64,000 nt of DNA from Pseudomonadota bacterium (GTDB lineage Bacteria; Pseudomonadota; Alphaproteobacteria; Rhodobacterales; Rhodobacteraceae), in assembly GCA_039030715.1 (NCBI GenBank), contig JBCCDU010000006.1:6331-70330 (forward strand), in the 5' to 3' direction. The translations under genes were made by a program, and so were the position numbers. Of this stretch, positions 8,925-17,587 are shown piece by piece (the stretch's first letter is position 1; every line of letters begins with the position of its first letter). The notes under the pieces were generated by a model. It did no database searches and was not told the origin of the DNA. It was given only the letters and a program-made list of their open reading frames with translations.

Positions 8925-10550
8925 CTACTCCGCCGCGGTGAGCGCTTGCTGCTGAAGCTGGCGCTCGAACTCGGTCCGGCCATCGGTACCGGCCTCGTTC
9001 TCGATCCGCTCATCGATGGTCTTCAGCACGTGCTGCGAGAACGGTCCCAGATGAGCAAAGATCGCTGCCAGCGAAATCGCCGGGGTCAGCGCACCCGGAT
9101 TGCGCCGCAGGATATAGAAGATCAGCCCCCAAAGCTCGCCCCGCATATCCGGGCGCTTGAGTGTCACATTCCAGACCAGCCGGATGAATTGCGACGCCTC
9201 GGCCCAGAAGCTCGCCAAATGCAGCTTGCCATTGACGCCGGACATATCCAGCAAATCGACCAGTTTGCGGATCCGGCCAAAGAAAGCCCGGGGCGTGTAA
9301 ATCCGCGCGATGACGTTGCGATAATCGCCCAGCACATCCTCGCGCGGGCGCAGGGTATCGAAATTCAATCCCGCAGTGCATTGATCGCCAGACAGCGCAT
9401 CTGGGTCGACAACTCCGCCGATGGTGTGCAGGCGACCTTCCGCCTCCAGCCGCCGCTCGAGCTGAGTGGTCGGCAGCGCCACCAGCAGGCCCGCCATGGC
9501 AACAGGGATGGCCGCATCCTCGATCAGGTCGACCAGATCGTCGGCGACGCTGACCTTCTCATTATCAAAACCGACGATGAACCCGCCGACAACAGCGATG
9601 CCGGCGCCATAGATCGCCTTCACGCTCTCGGCTATGTCGCGCTTGGTATTCTGCTTTTTCTGAGTGGCGATCAGGACATCGGGATCCGGGCTTTCGATGC
9701 CGACGAAGATCACGGTGAATTTCGCCGCGCGCATCAGCTCCATGAAGGCGGGGTCATCGGCGAGGTTCAGCGAGGCCTCGGTCGTGAACAGAAACGGATA
9801 GCCCCGCGCCTTCTGCCATTCGATGATATGCGGCAGTACCGCTTTCACGGCCTTCTTGTTGCCGATCAGGTTGTCATCGACGAAATCCACCAGACCGCGG
9901 TGGCCGGTGGCATAGATCGCATCCAGTTCGCCCAGGATCTGCTCGGTCGTCTTGATCCGGGGTTTGCGACCGAACAGTTCGATGATGTCGCAGAACTCGC
10001 AGAGGAACGGGCAGCCGCGCGAGAATTGCAGCGAATACTCGATATAGGCGCCCTTTTTCAGCAGGTCGTACCGGGGGACCGGGGTCTTGGTAATGTCGAC
10101 CGAGTGTTTCGGAGCCTCGAACGTACCGGCACTTTCGCCGCCTTCCCAAGCGGCCAGAAACGCGTCCATCGCGCCTTCCGCCTCGCCGATCATGCGAAAA
10201 TCCGCAGCCTCATAGACATGGGGACTGGAGGAGACATCCGGCCCGCCCACTAGGATCGGCTTGCCCGCAGCCTTCGCCTGCTCGATGACCGCCAGCAGGC
10301 GATAGCGTTGCGGCAGCATCCCGCCCGCCAGCACCAGATCGGCGCCGTCGAAATCGGCCTGGGTCAGATCCTCCACATTCTCATCGATAATGCGCAGATC
10401 CCAGTGCTGTGGCAGCATGGCGGCCACTGTCGCCAAATGCAGCGGCGGCGCGGGATACTTCGCGCCCGCCATCTCGCAGGTCACGCGATAGTTCCAGAAA
10501 CTATCGCCGCCGAACCAAGGTTGGATTAGGATTACCCGGCAGGGTTCCAC
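8925..10550 (-). CDS. B12-binding radical SAM protein (HpnP-related, DUF4070-type C-terminus)
   Basis: N-terminal PPLHLATVAA...GGPDVS cobalamin-binding domain; CPFLCEFC radical SAM motif; FVDDNLIGN. Confidence 0.88.
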   Translation of the reverse strand: MEPCRVILIQPWFGGDSFWNYRVTCEMAGAKYPAPPLHLATVAAMLPQHWDLRIIDENVEDLTQADFDGADLVLAGGMLPQRYRLLAVIEQAKAAGKPILVGGPDVSSSPHVYEAADFRMIGEAEGAMDAFLAAWEGGESAGTFEAPKHSVDITKTPVPRYDLLKKGAYIEYSLQFSRGCPFLCEFCDIIELFGRKPRIKTTEQILGELDAIYATGHRGLVDFVDDNLIGNKKAVKAVLPHIIEWQKARGYPFLFTTEASLNLADDPAFMELMRAAKFTVIFVGIESPDPDVLIATQKKQNTKRDIAESVKAIYGAGIAVVGGFIVGFDNEKVSVADDLVDLIEDAAIPVAMAGLLVALPTTQLERRLEAEGRLHTIGGVVDPDALSGDQCTAGLNFDTLRPREDVLGDYRNVIARIYTPRAFFGRIRKLVDLLDMSGVNGKLHLASFWAEASQFIRLVWNVTLKRPDMRGELWGLIFYILRRNPGALTPAISLAAIFAHLGPFSQHVLKTIDERIENEAGTDGRTEFERQLQQQALTAAE

Positions 10551-10729
10551 GTACGTCCTCCATTTGCTTCAGCGATCAACGCTTATGGCACAGCAGTCCC
10601 GTCGCCGCAAAGGTGGCGGTCAAGGATGTGAAGACAAGCGCCCCCCGCGACCTTGCGTTACAATTGACCCAGCCTCATCCCGCACGATATCACCCGGGAA
10701 GCGAAAAGAGACCCGCAGCTAGGGAGCGG

Positions 10730-12391
10730 ATGATGAGCGATTTCGACCGGGAGTCGATGGAATACGATGTGGTGATCGTGGGGGCCGGGCCATCTGGCCT
10801 GTCCGCCGCCATCCGCCTGAAGCAGTTGGGCGGCGACGACATCAACGTCGTCGTGCTGGAAAAAGGCTCCGAGGTTGGTGCGCATATCCTCTCCGGCGCA
10901 GTTCTGGACCCATCGGGTTTGGACGCGCTGATCCCGGACTGGAAGGAGAAAGGCGCACCGCTGAACACGCCCGTCACCTCCGACCGCTTCAAGGTGCTGG
11001 GCGAAAATGGCGAGCTCAGCCTACCAGTCTGGGCGATGCCGCCCCTGATGTCGAACCACGGCACATATATCGTCTCCATGGGCAATGTCTGCCGCTGGAT
11101 GGCCGAACAGGCCGAGGAACTGGGGGTCGAAATCTTCCCCGGAATGGCATGCTCGGACCTCGTCTATGACGAAGGAGGCCGGGTGCGCGGCGTCGTTGCG
11201 GGCGAGTTCGGCAAGAACGCCGATGGCACGCCAGGCGACGGGTACGAACCTGGGATGGAGCTCCACGGCAAATATGTGATGCTGGCCGAGGGCGTGCGCG
11301 GCTCGCTCTCGAAAGAGGTGATCGAGAAATTCGATCTGACGCGTGGCAAGGAGCCTCAGAAATACGGCATCGGCATGAAGGAGCTTTGGGAGGTCAAGCC
11401 CGAGCATCACAAGCCGGGCCAGGTCACCCACACGATGGGCTGGCCGCTGGGCGGCAATGCAGGCGGTGGCAGCTTCATGTACCACCTCGAGAACAATCAG
11501 GTGTATGTCGGCTTCGTCGTCCACCTGAACTACGAAAACCCACATCTGTTTCCGTATATGGAATTCCAGCGTTTCAAACATCATCCGCTGATCTCGGAAG
11601 TGCTGGAAGGCGGCAAGCGCATCGCCTATGGCGCCCGCGCGATCACTGAGGGTGGCTGGCAGGCGATGCCCAAGCTGACCTTCCCGGGCGGTGTCCTGCT
11701 GGGCTGTGCCGCTGGCATGGTCAACGTGCCGCGCATCAAGGGCAATCACAACGCCATGCTCAGCGGCAAGGCAGCGGCGGAGGCGGCCTTTGCGGCCATC
11801 CAGGCGGGCCGCGAGTCCGACGAGTTGCTGGAGTACGAGGATGACGTTCGTACAGGCCCCATCGCCAAGGATCTTAAGCCGGTGCGCAATGTCAAACCGC
11901 TCTGGTCGAAATACGGAATGCTGGCCTCGCTGGGCCTGGGTGCTGTGGATATGTGGGTCTCGAACCTCATCGGCTGGAACCCGCTGGGCACGCTCGGCCA
12001 TGACAAATCGGATGCGGAGGCGACCGGCAGGGCCAATGACCACGAGCCGATCGACTATCCCAAACCCGATGGCAAGCTCAGCTTCGACAGGCTGACCAAT
12101 GTCGCCTTCAGCTTCACCAATCACGAAGAAAGCCAGCCCGCACATCTGACGCTGGCCAACGAAGCGATCCCCATCGATGTGAACCTGCCGAAATTCGCCG
12201 AGCCCGCACAACGATACTGCCCGGCAGGTGTTTATGAGGTGGTGCGCGAGGATGACGGCTCGAACCCCCGGTTCCAGATCAACTTCCAGAACTGCGTTCA
12301 TTGCAAGACCTGCGACATCAAGGATCCCAGCCAGAACATCACCTGGGTGACGCCTCAAGGGGGCGACGGACCTAACTATCCCAATATGTGA
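10730..12391 (+). CDS. Electron transfer flavoprotein-ubiquinone oxidoreductase
   Basis: DVVIVGAGPSGL FAD motif, GAHILSGAV, C-terminal YCPAGVYE...NCVHCKTCDIKDP 4Fe-4S motif. Start set at 10730 after SD GGGAG. Confidence 0.95.
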   Translation: MMSDFDRESMEYDVVIVGAGPSGLSAAIRLKQLGGDDINVVVLEKGSEVGAHILSGAVLDPSGLDALIPDWKEKGAPLNTPVTSDRFKVLGENGELSLPVWAMPPLMSNHGTYIVSMGNVCRWMAEQAEELGVEIFPGMACSDLVYDEGGRVRGVVAGEFGKNADGTPGDGYEPGMELHGKYVMLAEGVRGSLSKEVIEKFDLTRGKEPQKYGIGMKELWEVKPEHHKPGQVTHTMGWPLGGNAGGGSFMYHLENNQVYVGFVVHLNYENPHLFPYMEFQRFKHHPLISEVLEGGKRIAYGARAITEGGWQAMPKLTFPGGVLLGCAAGMVNVPRIKGNHNAMLSGKAAAEAAFAAIQAGRESDELLEYEDDVRTGPIAKDLKPVRNVKPLWSKYGMLASLGLGAVDMWVSNLIGWNPLGTLGHDKSDAEATGRANDHEPIDYPKPDGKLSFDRLTNVAFSFTNHEESQPAHLTLANEAIPIDVNLPKFAEPAQRYCPAGVYEVVREDDGSNPRFQINFQNCVHCKTCDIKDPSQNITWVTPQGGDGPNYPNM

Positions 12392-12398
12392 GGCGGTC

Positions 12399-13172
12399 GT
12401 GGCAGACTGGCAGCCGGATCTTTACCTTCGCTTTGAGCGGGACAGGACCCGGCCGTCAGAGGATCTGCTTGCGCGTATCCCCGGCGGCGCCGAACGCGTT
12501 CTGGACCTCGGCTGCGGCCCCGGCAACTCAACCGCGTTGCTGTCCGAACGGTTTCCGGGCGCGCAGATCACCGGCCTCGACACATCGCCGGCTATGCTGG
12601 AACAGGCGACAGCCCGTCTGCCGGATGCGCGTTTCATCCACGCGGATATCGCCGACTTTCAGCCGGATGAACCCCTGGACGTGATCTTCGCCAATGCCGT
12701 CCTGCACTGGCTGCCGGACCACCCAACCCTGCTGCCGCGTCTAATGCGGATGCTCAGCCCCGGCGGTCGACTGGCAATCCAGATGCCAATCAATCTGGAT
12801 GAACCGGCCTGGACAGCGATGGCGGAGGTTGCGACCAGCGGCCCCTGGGCGGCGAAACTCGCCCAATCGGCGGGAGCGCGGACCCGACCTCTCGCGCAGG
12901 GCGCCTTGCACGACATCCTTGCGCCCCTCTCCTCGGATCTGGATCAGTGGGACACGACCTATGCCCATGTGATGCCGAACCACGCCGCTATTATGGACTG
13001 GCTGCGCGGCGCGGGGCTGAAGCCCTGGCTGGAACCGCTGAATGGGACGGAGGCCGATGCGTTTCTGGCCGCCTATCGCCCCCGGATCGAAGCGGCCTAT
13101 CCGGTCCGTGCGGATGGGCAGATCCTCTTCCCCTTCCCGCGCCGCTTTTTGGTCGCCTGCAGAGGCAGTTAG
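12399..13172 (+). CDS. tam: Trans-aconitate 2-methyltransferase
   Basis: WQPDLYLRFERDRTRP, VLDLGCGPGNST, ANAVLHWLPDH and C-terminal FPFPRRF. Confidence 0.88.
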   Translation: MADWQPDLYLRFERDRTRPSEDLLARIPGGAERVLDLGCGPGNSTALLSERFPGAQITGLDTSPAMLEQATARLPDARFIHADIADFQPDEPLDVIFANAVLHWLPDHPTLLPRLMRMLSPGGRLAIQMPINLDEPAWTAMAEVATSGPWAAKLAQSAGARTRPLAQGALHDILAPLSSDLDQWDTTYAHVMPNHAAIMDWLRGAGLKPWLEPLNGTEADAFLAAYRPRIEAAYPVRADGQILFPFPRRFLVACRGS

Positions 13173-13253
13173 AATATTTTATGCTGTGACCCTAGGACGC
13201 AAATAAATTCTTCATGCAAAGCCCTATCTATAAAGGCTACTCACGGGGCCAAT

Positions 13254-14564
13254 ATGCATCTGCCAAGCGAAACAGACCATCCGCAGCGCTATGCGCTTAC
13301 CAACGAGCTGCATGCGCGTCCCTTCCAGCCACTGGAAGCGCCGGGCCGGGTGCTGCATCTGGCGTTCAAGAAGGTGAAAAAAGCCGCCGAGCGGGACCCG
13401 GCGGGGGATTTTGCGCATCTCCTCGCCTTCATCGATCGCCATGGCGGGCCGCATCCAGCCGATGGTGCCAACCACTACAGCCATGAATTCGGCCGCTTCC
13501 GGCTGAAGTGGGAGCGCCACACCGAATTTGTCGCCTATACGATCTACGAGGCTGGTCCGCGCGACGATCTGTTCTCGCGCAGCCTGGGGGAGCTTCTGCC
13601 CAAGGACTGGCTGATCAACGCGCCCGGAAAAGCCATCGCGGCAATCGATGTGGAGATCATCGAGACCAAAAATGGCGACGAGATGCTGGAAAACGGCCTG
13701 GGCCGCTTCTTCGCGCCCGACAGCCTGGTGGCCAGCCGCGTCCTGGACGGTGCCGGGCTGGCGGTTGGGGATTTCCGGATCCACGAGGGCGGCTTCACCC
13801 GGTTCGCCCTGCTGATCGAGCGTGCGACCGCACCGCGCCGGATCGGTCGCGCTGTGCAGCGCCTGACCGAGATTGAAACCTATCGCACCCTCGCGCTTCT
13901 GGCGCTTGGCATTGCGCGCAAAACCTCCGCCCGGCTGACACAGATCGAACAGGCGCTGACCAACCTGACCGAGCAGGTTGCGGACGGGACGCGTGAGGAT
14001 GCGACCCAGGTGGCCGATATTCTGCGCGATCTGAGCCGCTTGTCGGCGGAGCTGGAGGCCCTGTCCGCCGCCAGCGCCTTCCGCTTCGGCGCCGCACGCG
14101 CCTACGACCAGATCGTCCACGACCGGATCGACATGCTACGAGAGGTGCGCGCACCCGACCGGCAGATGTTCCGCGAATTCATGCTTCGCAGGTTCGACCC
14201 TGCCATGCAGACGGTCACGTCGACAGGGCAGCGGCTGGATGATCTGGCACGTCGCGCCAGCCGCATCGCCCAGCTTCTGCGCACACGCGTGGATGTCGAG
14301 ATGGAAGCTCAGAACCAGCAATTGCTGCGCTCGATGGATGAACGGTCGGGCCTGCAACTGCGCCTGCAGAAGACGGTGGAGGGGCTCTCCGTGGTCGCGA
14401 TCAGCTACTACGCGGTCAGCTTAGCCGGATATCTGCTGGCGCCGCTGGGCACCAAGCTGAACGTGGATAAAGGTTTGCTCACCGCGCTCGTTACTCTTCC
14501 GGTCATCGCCCTGGTCTGGTGGCTGGCGCGCCGTGTGCGCAGACAGCTTGAAAAAGAGCGCTGA
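13254..14564 (+). CDS. DUF3422 family membrane-anchored protein
   Basis: ELHARPF, LKWERHTEF, EIETYRTLALL, LRTRVDV and LQKTVEGLSVVAISYY motifs with 2 C-terminal TM helices. Confidence 0.88.
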   Translation: MHLPSETDHPQRYALTNELHARPFQPLEAPGRVLHLAFKKVKKAAERDPAGDFAHLLAFIDRHGGPHPADGANHYSHEFGRFRLKWERHTEFVAYTIYEAGPRDDLFSRSLGELLPKDWLINAPGKAIAAIDVEIIETKNGDEMLENGLGRFFAPDSLVASRVLDGAGLAVGDFRIHEGGFTRFALLIERATAPRRIGRAVQRLTEIETYRTLALLALGIARKTSARLTQIEQALTNLTEQVADGTREDATQVADILRDLSRLSAELEALSAASAFRFGAARAYDQIVHDRIDMLREVRAPDRQMFREFMLRRFDPAMQTVTSTGQRLDDLARRASRIAQLLRTRVDVEMEAQNQQLLRSMDERSGLQLRLQKTVEGLSVVAISYYAVSLAGYLLAPLGTKLNVDKGLLTALVTLPVIALVWWLARRVRRQLEKER

Positions 14565-14570
14565 GCCGCG

Positions 14571-14966
14571 TCAGACGGGTGTGGCAAAACGCGAGATGAT
14601 CGGGCAGTCGGGCCGGTCGTCGCCCCTGCAGGCGGTGACCAGATGGGCCAGTTCATCGTGCAAGGCCTTCAGTTCCCGCATCTTCTTTTCGATATCCTCC
14701 AGGCGATGGGTCGCAATTTCCTTCACGTCGGCGGAGGACCGGTTGCGATCCTCGTAAAGGCTCAGCAACTCGCGAACTTCATCGATGGAAAACCCGAACG
14801 CGCGGGCCCGGCGCACGAAAACCAGCTTGCTCAGTTCGGTCTCGTCGTATTGACGGTAGCCCGAGGTTGAGCGAGCAGCCGGTCTCACCAACCCGATATC
14901 CGCATAATAACGCACTGTTTTCACGGGAAGATCCACTGCTTTCGCCACTGCACCGATATTCATCAC
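14571..14966 (-). CDS. cueR: Cu(I)-responsive MerR-family regulator
   Basis: MerR HTH (KTVRYYADIGLV...SGYRQY) and the C-terminal CRGDDRPDCPII metal loop. Confidence 0.9.
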   Translation of the reverse strand: MMNIGAVAKAVDLPVKTVRYYADIGLVRPAARSTSGYRQYDETELSKLVFVRRARAFGFSIDEVRELLSLYEDRNRSSADVKEIATHRLEDIEKKMRELKALHDELAHLVTACRGDDRPDCPIISRFATPV

Positions 14967-14975
14967 GCCCTCGGT

Positions 14976-15006
14976 TTGACATTCTAGTTGCTGGAGACCT
15001 TATACC
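14976..15006 (+). promoter_or_regulatory. MerR/CueR-type promoter for the DUF4396 gene
   Basis: TTGACA (14976-81), a 19-bp spacer and TATACC (15001-06), with the imperfect dyad ACATTCTAG-TTG-CTGGAGACC resembling the CueR operator. Confidence 0.75.
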
Positions 15007-15035
15007 TTCACCAAATCGAATCAAAGGTGAACGAT

Positions 15036-15485
15036 ATGGCGGATGCTGCACCTATCGCCTCGCTCGACTGGCAGGACAGGGCGACCTGGCGTCAGGCCTC
15101 GATCAATACCTTATGGTGTCTGCTGGGCTGCGCGATTGGCGATCTGGGCACGATCCTGTTCTTTCAGGTGACAGGCATTCCTTGGCCCACACTGGCGATC
15201 ATGGCGCTGGCCATGACCAACGGGATCCTGACATCCATTGCGCTGGAAACCTTCATCCTGTCGCGCCAGATGGAGCTGCGGCTGGCCTTCCGTACGGCCA
15301 TTGGGATGTCGCTGATCTCGATGATCGCGATGGAGGCGGCGATGAACCTCACCGACTATTTGCTGACTGGCGGCGCAATGCTGACCTGGTGGGTGGTGCC
15401 GCTGATGCTGCTGGCGGGCTTCCTTGCGCCGCTGCCCTACAACTACTGGCGATTGAAGGCATTGGGGCGCGGCTGCTGCGGATGA
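15036..15485 (+). CDS. DUF4396 family membrane protein
   Basis: NTLWCLLGCAIGD and MSLISMIAMEAAMN motifs, 4 TM. Start set at 15036 after SD AAGGTG. Confidence 0.85.
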   Translation: MADAAPIASLDWQDRATWRQASINTLWCLLGCAIGDLGTILFFQVTGIPWPTLAIMALAMTNGILTSIALETFILSRQMELRLAFRTAIGMSLISMIAMEAAMNLTDYLLTGGAMLTWWVVPLMLLAGFLAPLPYNYWRLKALGRGCCG

Positions 15486-15494
15486 GCTTTGGGG

Positions 15495-15560
15495 TGTTGC
15501 GGATCTGGTCCGGCATGTCTTCGGGTCTTGCACCAGAGGTCCCGGATCAAGTCCGGGACA
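15495..15560 (-). repeat. REP-like palindromic element, copy B (one arm intact, one degenerate)
   Basis: The 25-mer GAGGTCCCGGATCAAGTCCGGGACA at 15536-15560 is identical to 17535-17559; the 19-nt spacer matches copy A at 14/19 in reverse orientation. Confidence 0.8.
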
Positions 15561-15574
15561 CCTAAGCACCTTGT

Positions 15575-16633
15575 TCAGTCGTTGGTGAGGACGACCCGCC
15601 CGGTCACGCGCCCGGCCTCCAGATCGTCGAGCGCCTGATTGACTTCAGCCAGCGGTCGCTCCTCGGTCGGCAGCGGTTTGACCTTGCCGCCGCGCACCAG
15701 ATCGATCAACTCGCGCAGATCCTGAGCCGAGCCAACAAAGCTGCCCTGGATGGTCAGCGCCTTCTGCGGCAACCAGGGCAGCGGGATCTTCAAGGTCCCG
15801 CCAAACAGCCCGACCACGACATATCGCCCGGTCTTGGCCAGCGCGGTGATAGCCAACCGCGCCGTGTCAGGATGTCCGACCGTATCGACCACTGCCAGCA
15901 GACGCCCCTCGGCAAGGGTTTGCAGGTCTTTAAGCGCGTTCTCGGAACTTGCGGAGTTCACGACGCCGTCGGCCCCCATCTGCCGCGCCACCGCCAGCTT
16001 TGCATTGTCGATATCGACTGAGACGATGCGGGGCGCGCCCATCGCCTTGGCCAAAGCGACCGCGTTGAGGCCCAACCCGCCGGCGCCCATGATGGCCAGC
16101 GTCTCGTCCCCGTGGACCGGCAGCGCCTTTTTCAAGGCGTTGAACACCGTGACGCCAGAGCAGGCATAAGGGGTGACCTCGCTCAGATCCAACCCCTCGA
16201 CATCCACCAGAAAGCGCGGATGGGGGACAATTACATGGCTGGCATATCCGCCATCGCGCAGGATGCCGATGGGGTTCATCTTGGCGCAGTCGTTCTCGCG
16301 ATCCGCGCGGCAGGCACGGCAAGTGCCGCAACCGATCCAGGGATTGACCAGCATGGTGCGGCCGATAGGCGCTTCGGGTGCATCCGGTCCGGCCGAGATC
16401 ACCTCGCCCAACACCTCATGCCCCATGGCCATGGGCAACTCCATTCCACGGTCGGCGACTTTGAACTGTCCATCTTCGCCCAGATCGAAATAGCCCGCAC
16501 GCAGGTGCAGGTCGGAATGACAAACGCCGCAACGGCGGACACGCAGTAGAACCTCGGTGCCAGCGGGAACGGGATCGGGGCGGTCGCGTACCTCGATCCG
16601 CTCACCGAACCGGATCAGATCATAGCTTTTCAT
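15575..16633 (-). CDS. Zinc-dependent medium-chain alcohol dehydrogenase
   Basis: CGVCHSDLH, GHEV, CGTCRAC......C structural zinc, GAGGLG. Start MKSYD at 16633 with ATGA overlap. Confidence 0.93.
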   Translation of the reverse strand: MKSYDLIRFGERIEVRDRPDPVPAGTEVLLRVRRCGVCHSDLHLRAGYFDLGEDGQFKVADRGMELPMAMGHEVLGEVISAGPDAPEAPIGRTMLVNPWIGCGTCRACRADRENDCAKMNPIGILRDGGYASHVIVPHPRFLVDVEGLDLSEVTPYACSGVTVFNALKKALPVHGDETLAIMGAGGLGLNAVALAKAMGAPRIVSVDIDNAKLAVARQMGADGVVNSASSENALKDLQTLAEGRLLAVVDTVGHPDTARLAITALAKTGRYVVVGLFGGTLKIPLPWLPQKALTIQGSFVGSAQDLRELIDLVRGGKVKPLPTEERPLAEVNQALDDLEAGRVTGRVVLTND

Positions 16634-17436
16634 CGCATCCCTCCCTTGCGTCCAACTGCCTGCACCATGGTGAAGCTGTGAATGACCGTTCCCGGGTGCT
16701 GTGTATGCATCCGGGCGCCCGCGATGGTGCTGGCAAGCTCGTCTTCGCTCATCAGTCCACGGTCCAGAATGGTGGCGCGCATCGCCTCCAGCGTCAGCGC
16801 CATGTGATCGGCCATTGGATCGCCAGCGCGGATCAGGTGGCTGACGGGGCGCAGCGCGATCTCCTGCATTCCTGCATCCCGCAGCATGGCCGGCAGGTCG
16901 AGCCCCATGCGGAGCGAGGAGCCAATCAGCTCGAAACAACGGGTCATGGCCGCCATGCCGCGATCGAAATCCACGTTGGGCGGATGGCAGGCATAGGTAT
17001 CGGCATAGCCTTCTTCGAGGAACAGCACACCGCCAGGGCGCAGCAAGCCGACCGCAACATCGAACAGGGCCCGACCACCCGGGATGATCCCCATGGCAAA
17101 CCGGCTGTGAACCAGGTCGAAACTGGCGGCCTCGAGCGGCGGGGCAAAGGCATCGCCCTCAATCAGCACGAGATTGGGCGCAGGGTTCCAGGCTCTGGCC
17201 TCGGCAAGTTTTGCGGAATCCAGGTCGAGCCCAACCACTTCTCCATCCGGGCCCACGGCCTCGCAGAGGAGATCGGTGACCCCACCTACTCCACAACAGA
17301 GGTCGAGGACACGGGCGCCCGTCAGCTCGCCGATCTGCGAGAGAATTTCACTGGCATCAAGGCGGAACAGCTCACCCTGGATGCGCAGGCGATGCACCTC
17401 GTTCGCCGCCATATCGAGCGGATAGGGCGAACTCAT
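16630..17436 (-). CDS. Class I SAM-dependent methyltransferase
   Basis: VLDLCCGVGG, VVGLDLD and FDLVHSRF motifs. Confidence 0.85.
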   Translation of the reverse strand: MSSPYPLDMAANEVHRLRIQGELFRLDASEILSQIGELTGARVLDLCCGVGGVTDLLCEAVGPDGEVVGLDLDSAKLAEARAWNPAPNLVLIEGDAFAPPLEAASFDLVHSRFAMGIIPGGRALFDVAVGLLRPGGVLFLEEGYADTYACHPPNVDFDRGMAAMTRCFELIGSSLRMGLDLPAMLRDAGMQEIALRPVSHLIRAGDPMADHMALTLEAMRATILDRGLMSEDELASTIAGARMHTQHPGTVIHSFTMVQAVGRKGGMR

Positions 17437-17488
17437 CCGATCCCCCTTGCGGGGCCCACTAACGTACGACCGGTCAAACCGGCGCTTT

Positions 17489-17561
17489 GCTGTCCCGGGC
17501 TTGACCCGGGACCTCTAGTGCAAACCCCGAGGAAGAGGTCCCGGATCAAGTCCGGGACAGC
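17489..17561 (+). repeat. REP-like nested palindromic element, copy A
   Basis: 27-nt arms at 17489-17515 and 17535-17561 are inverted repeats (25/27), and each arm is itself a hairpin (GTCCCGGG-CTTGA-CCCGGGAC). Confidence 0.85.
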
Positions 17562-17587
17562 TTTGGTCCTGCGGGACGCTACGTTCC

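Noticed and set aside
10551-10729. Possible cobalamin riboswitch upstream of the B12 radical SAM gene
   Set aside because: No B12-box or conserved core recognisable by eye; an Rfam scan would be decisive.
15575-16939. ORF-track N-terminal extensions (ADH, ETF-QO, acyl-CoA ligase, MCP, dnaE2, sigma factor and others) that suggest fusions or overlaps
   Set aside because: They run through neighbouring genes or intergenic DNA; internal ATGs with SD sequences or ATGA coupling give normal family lengths.
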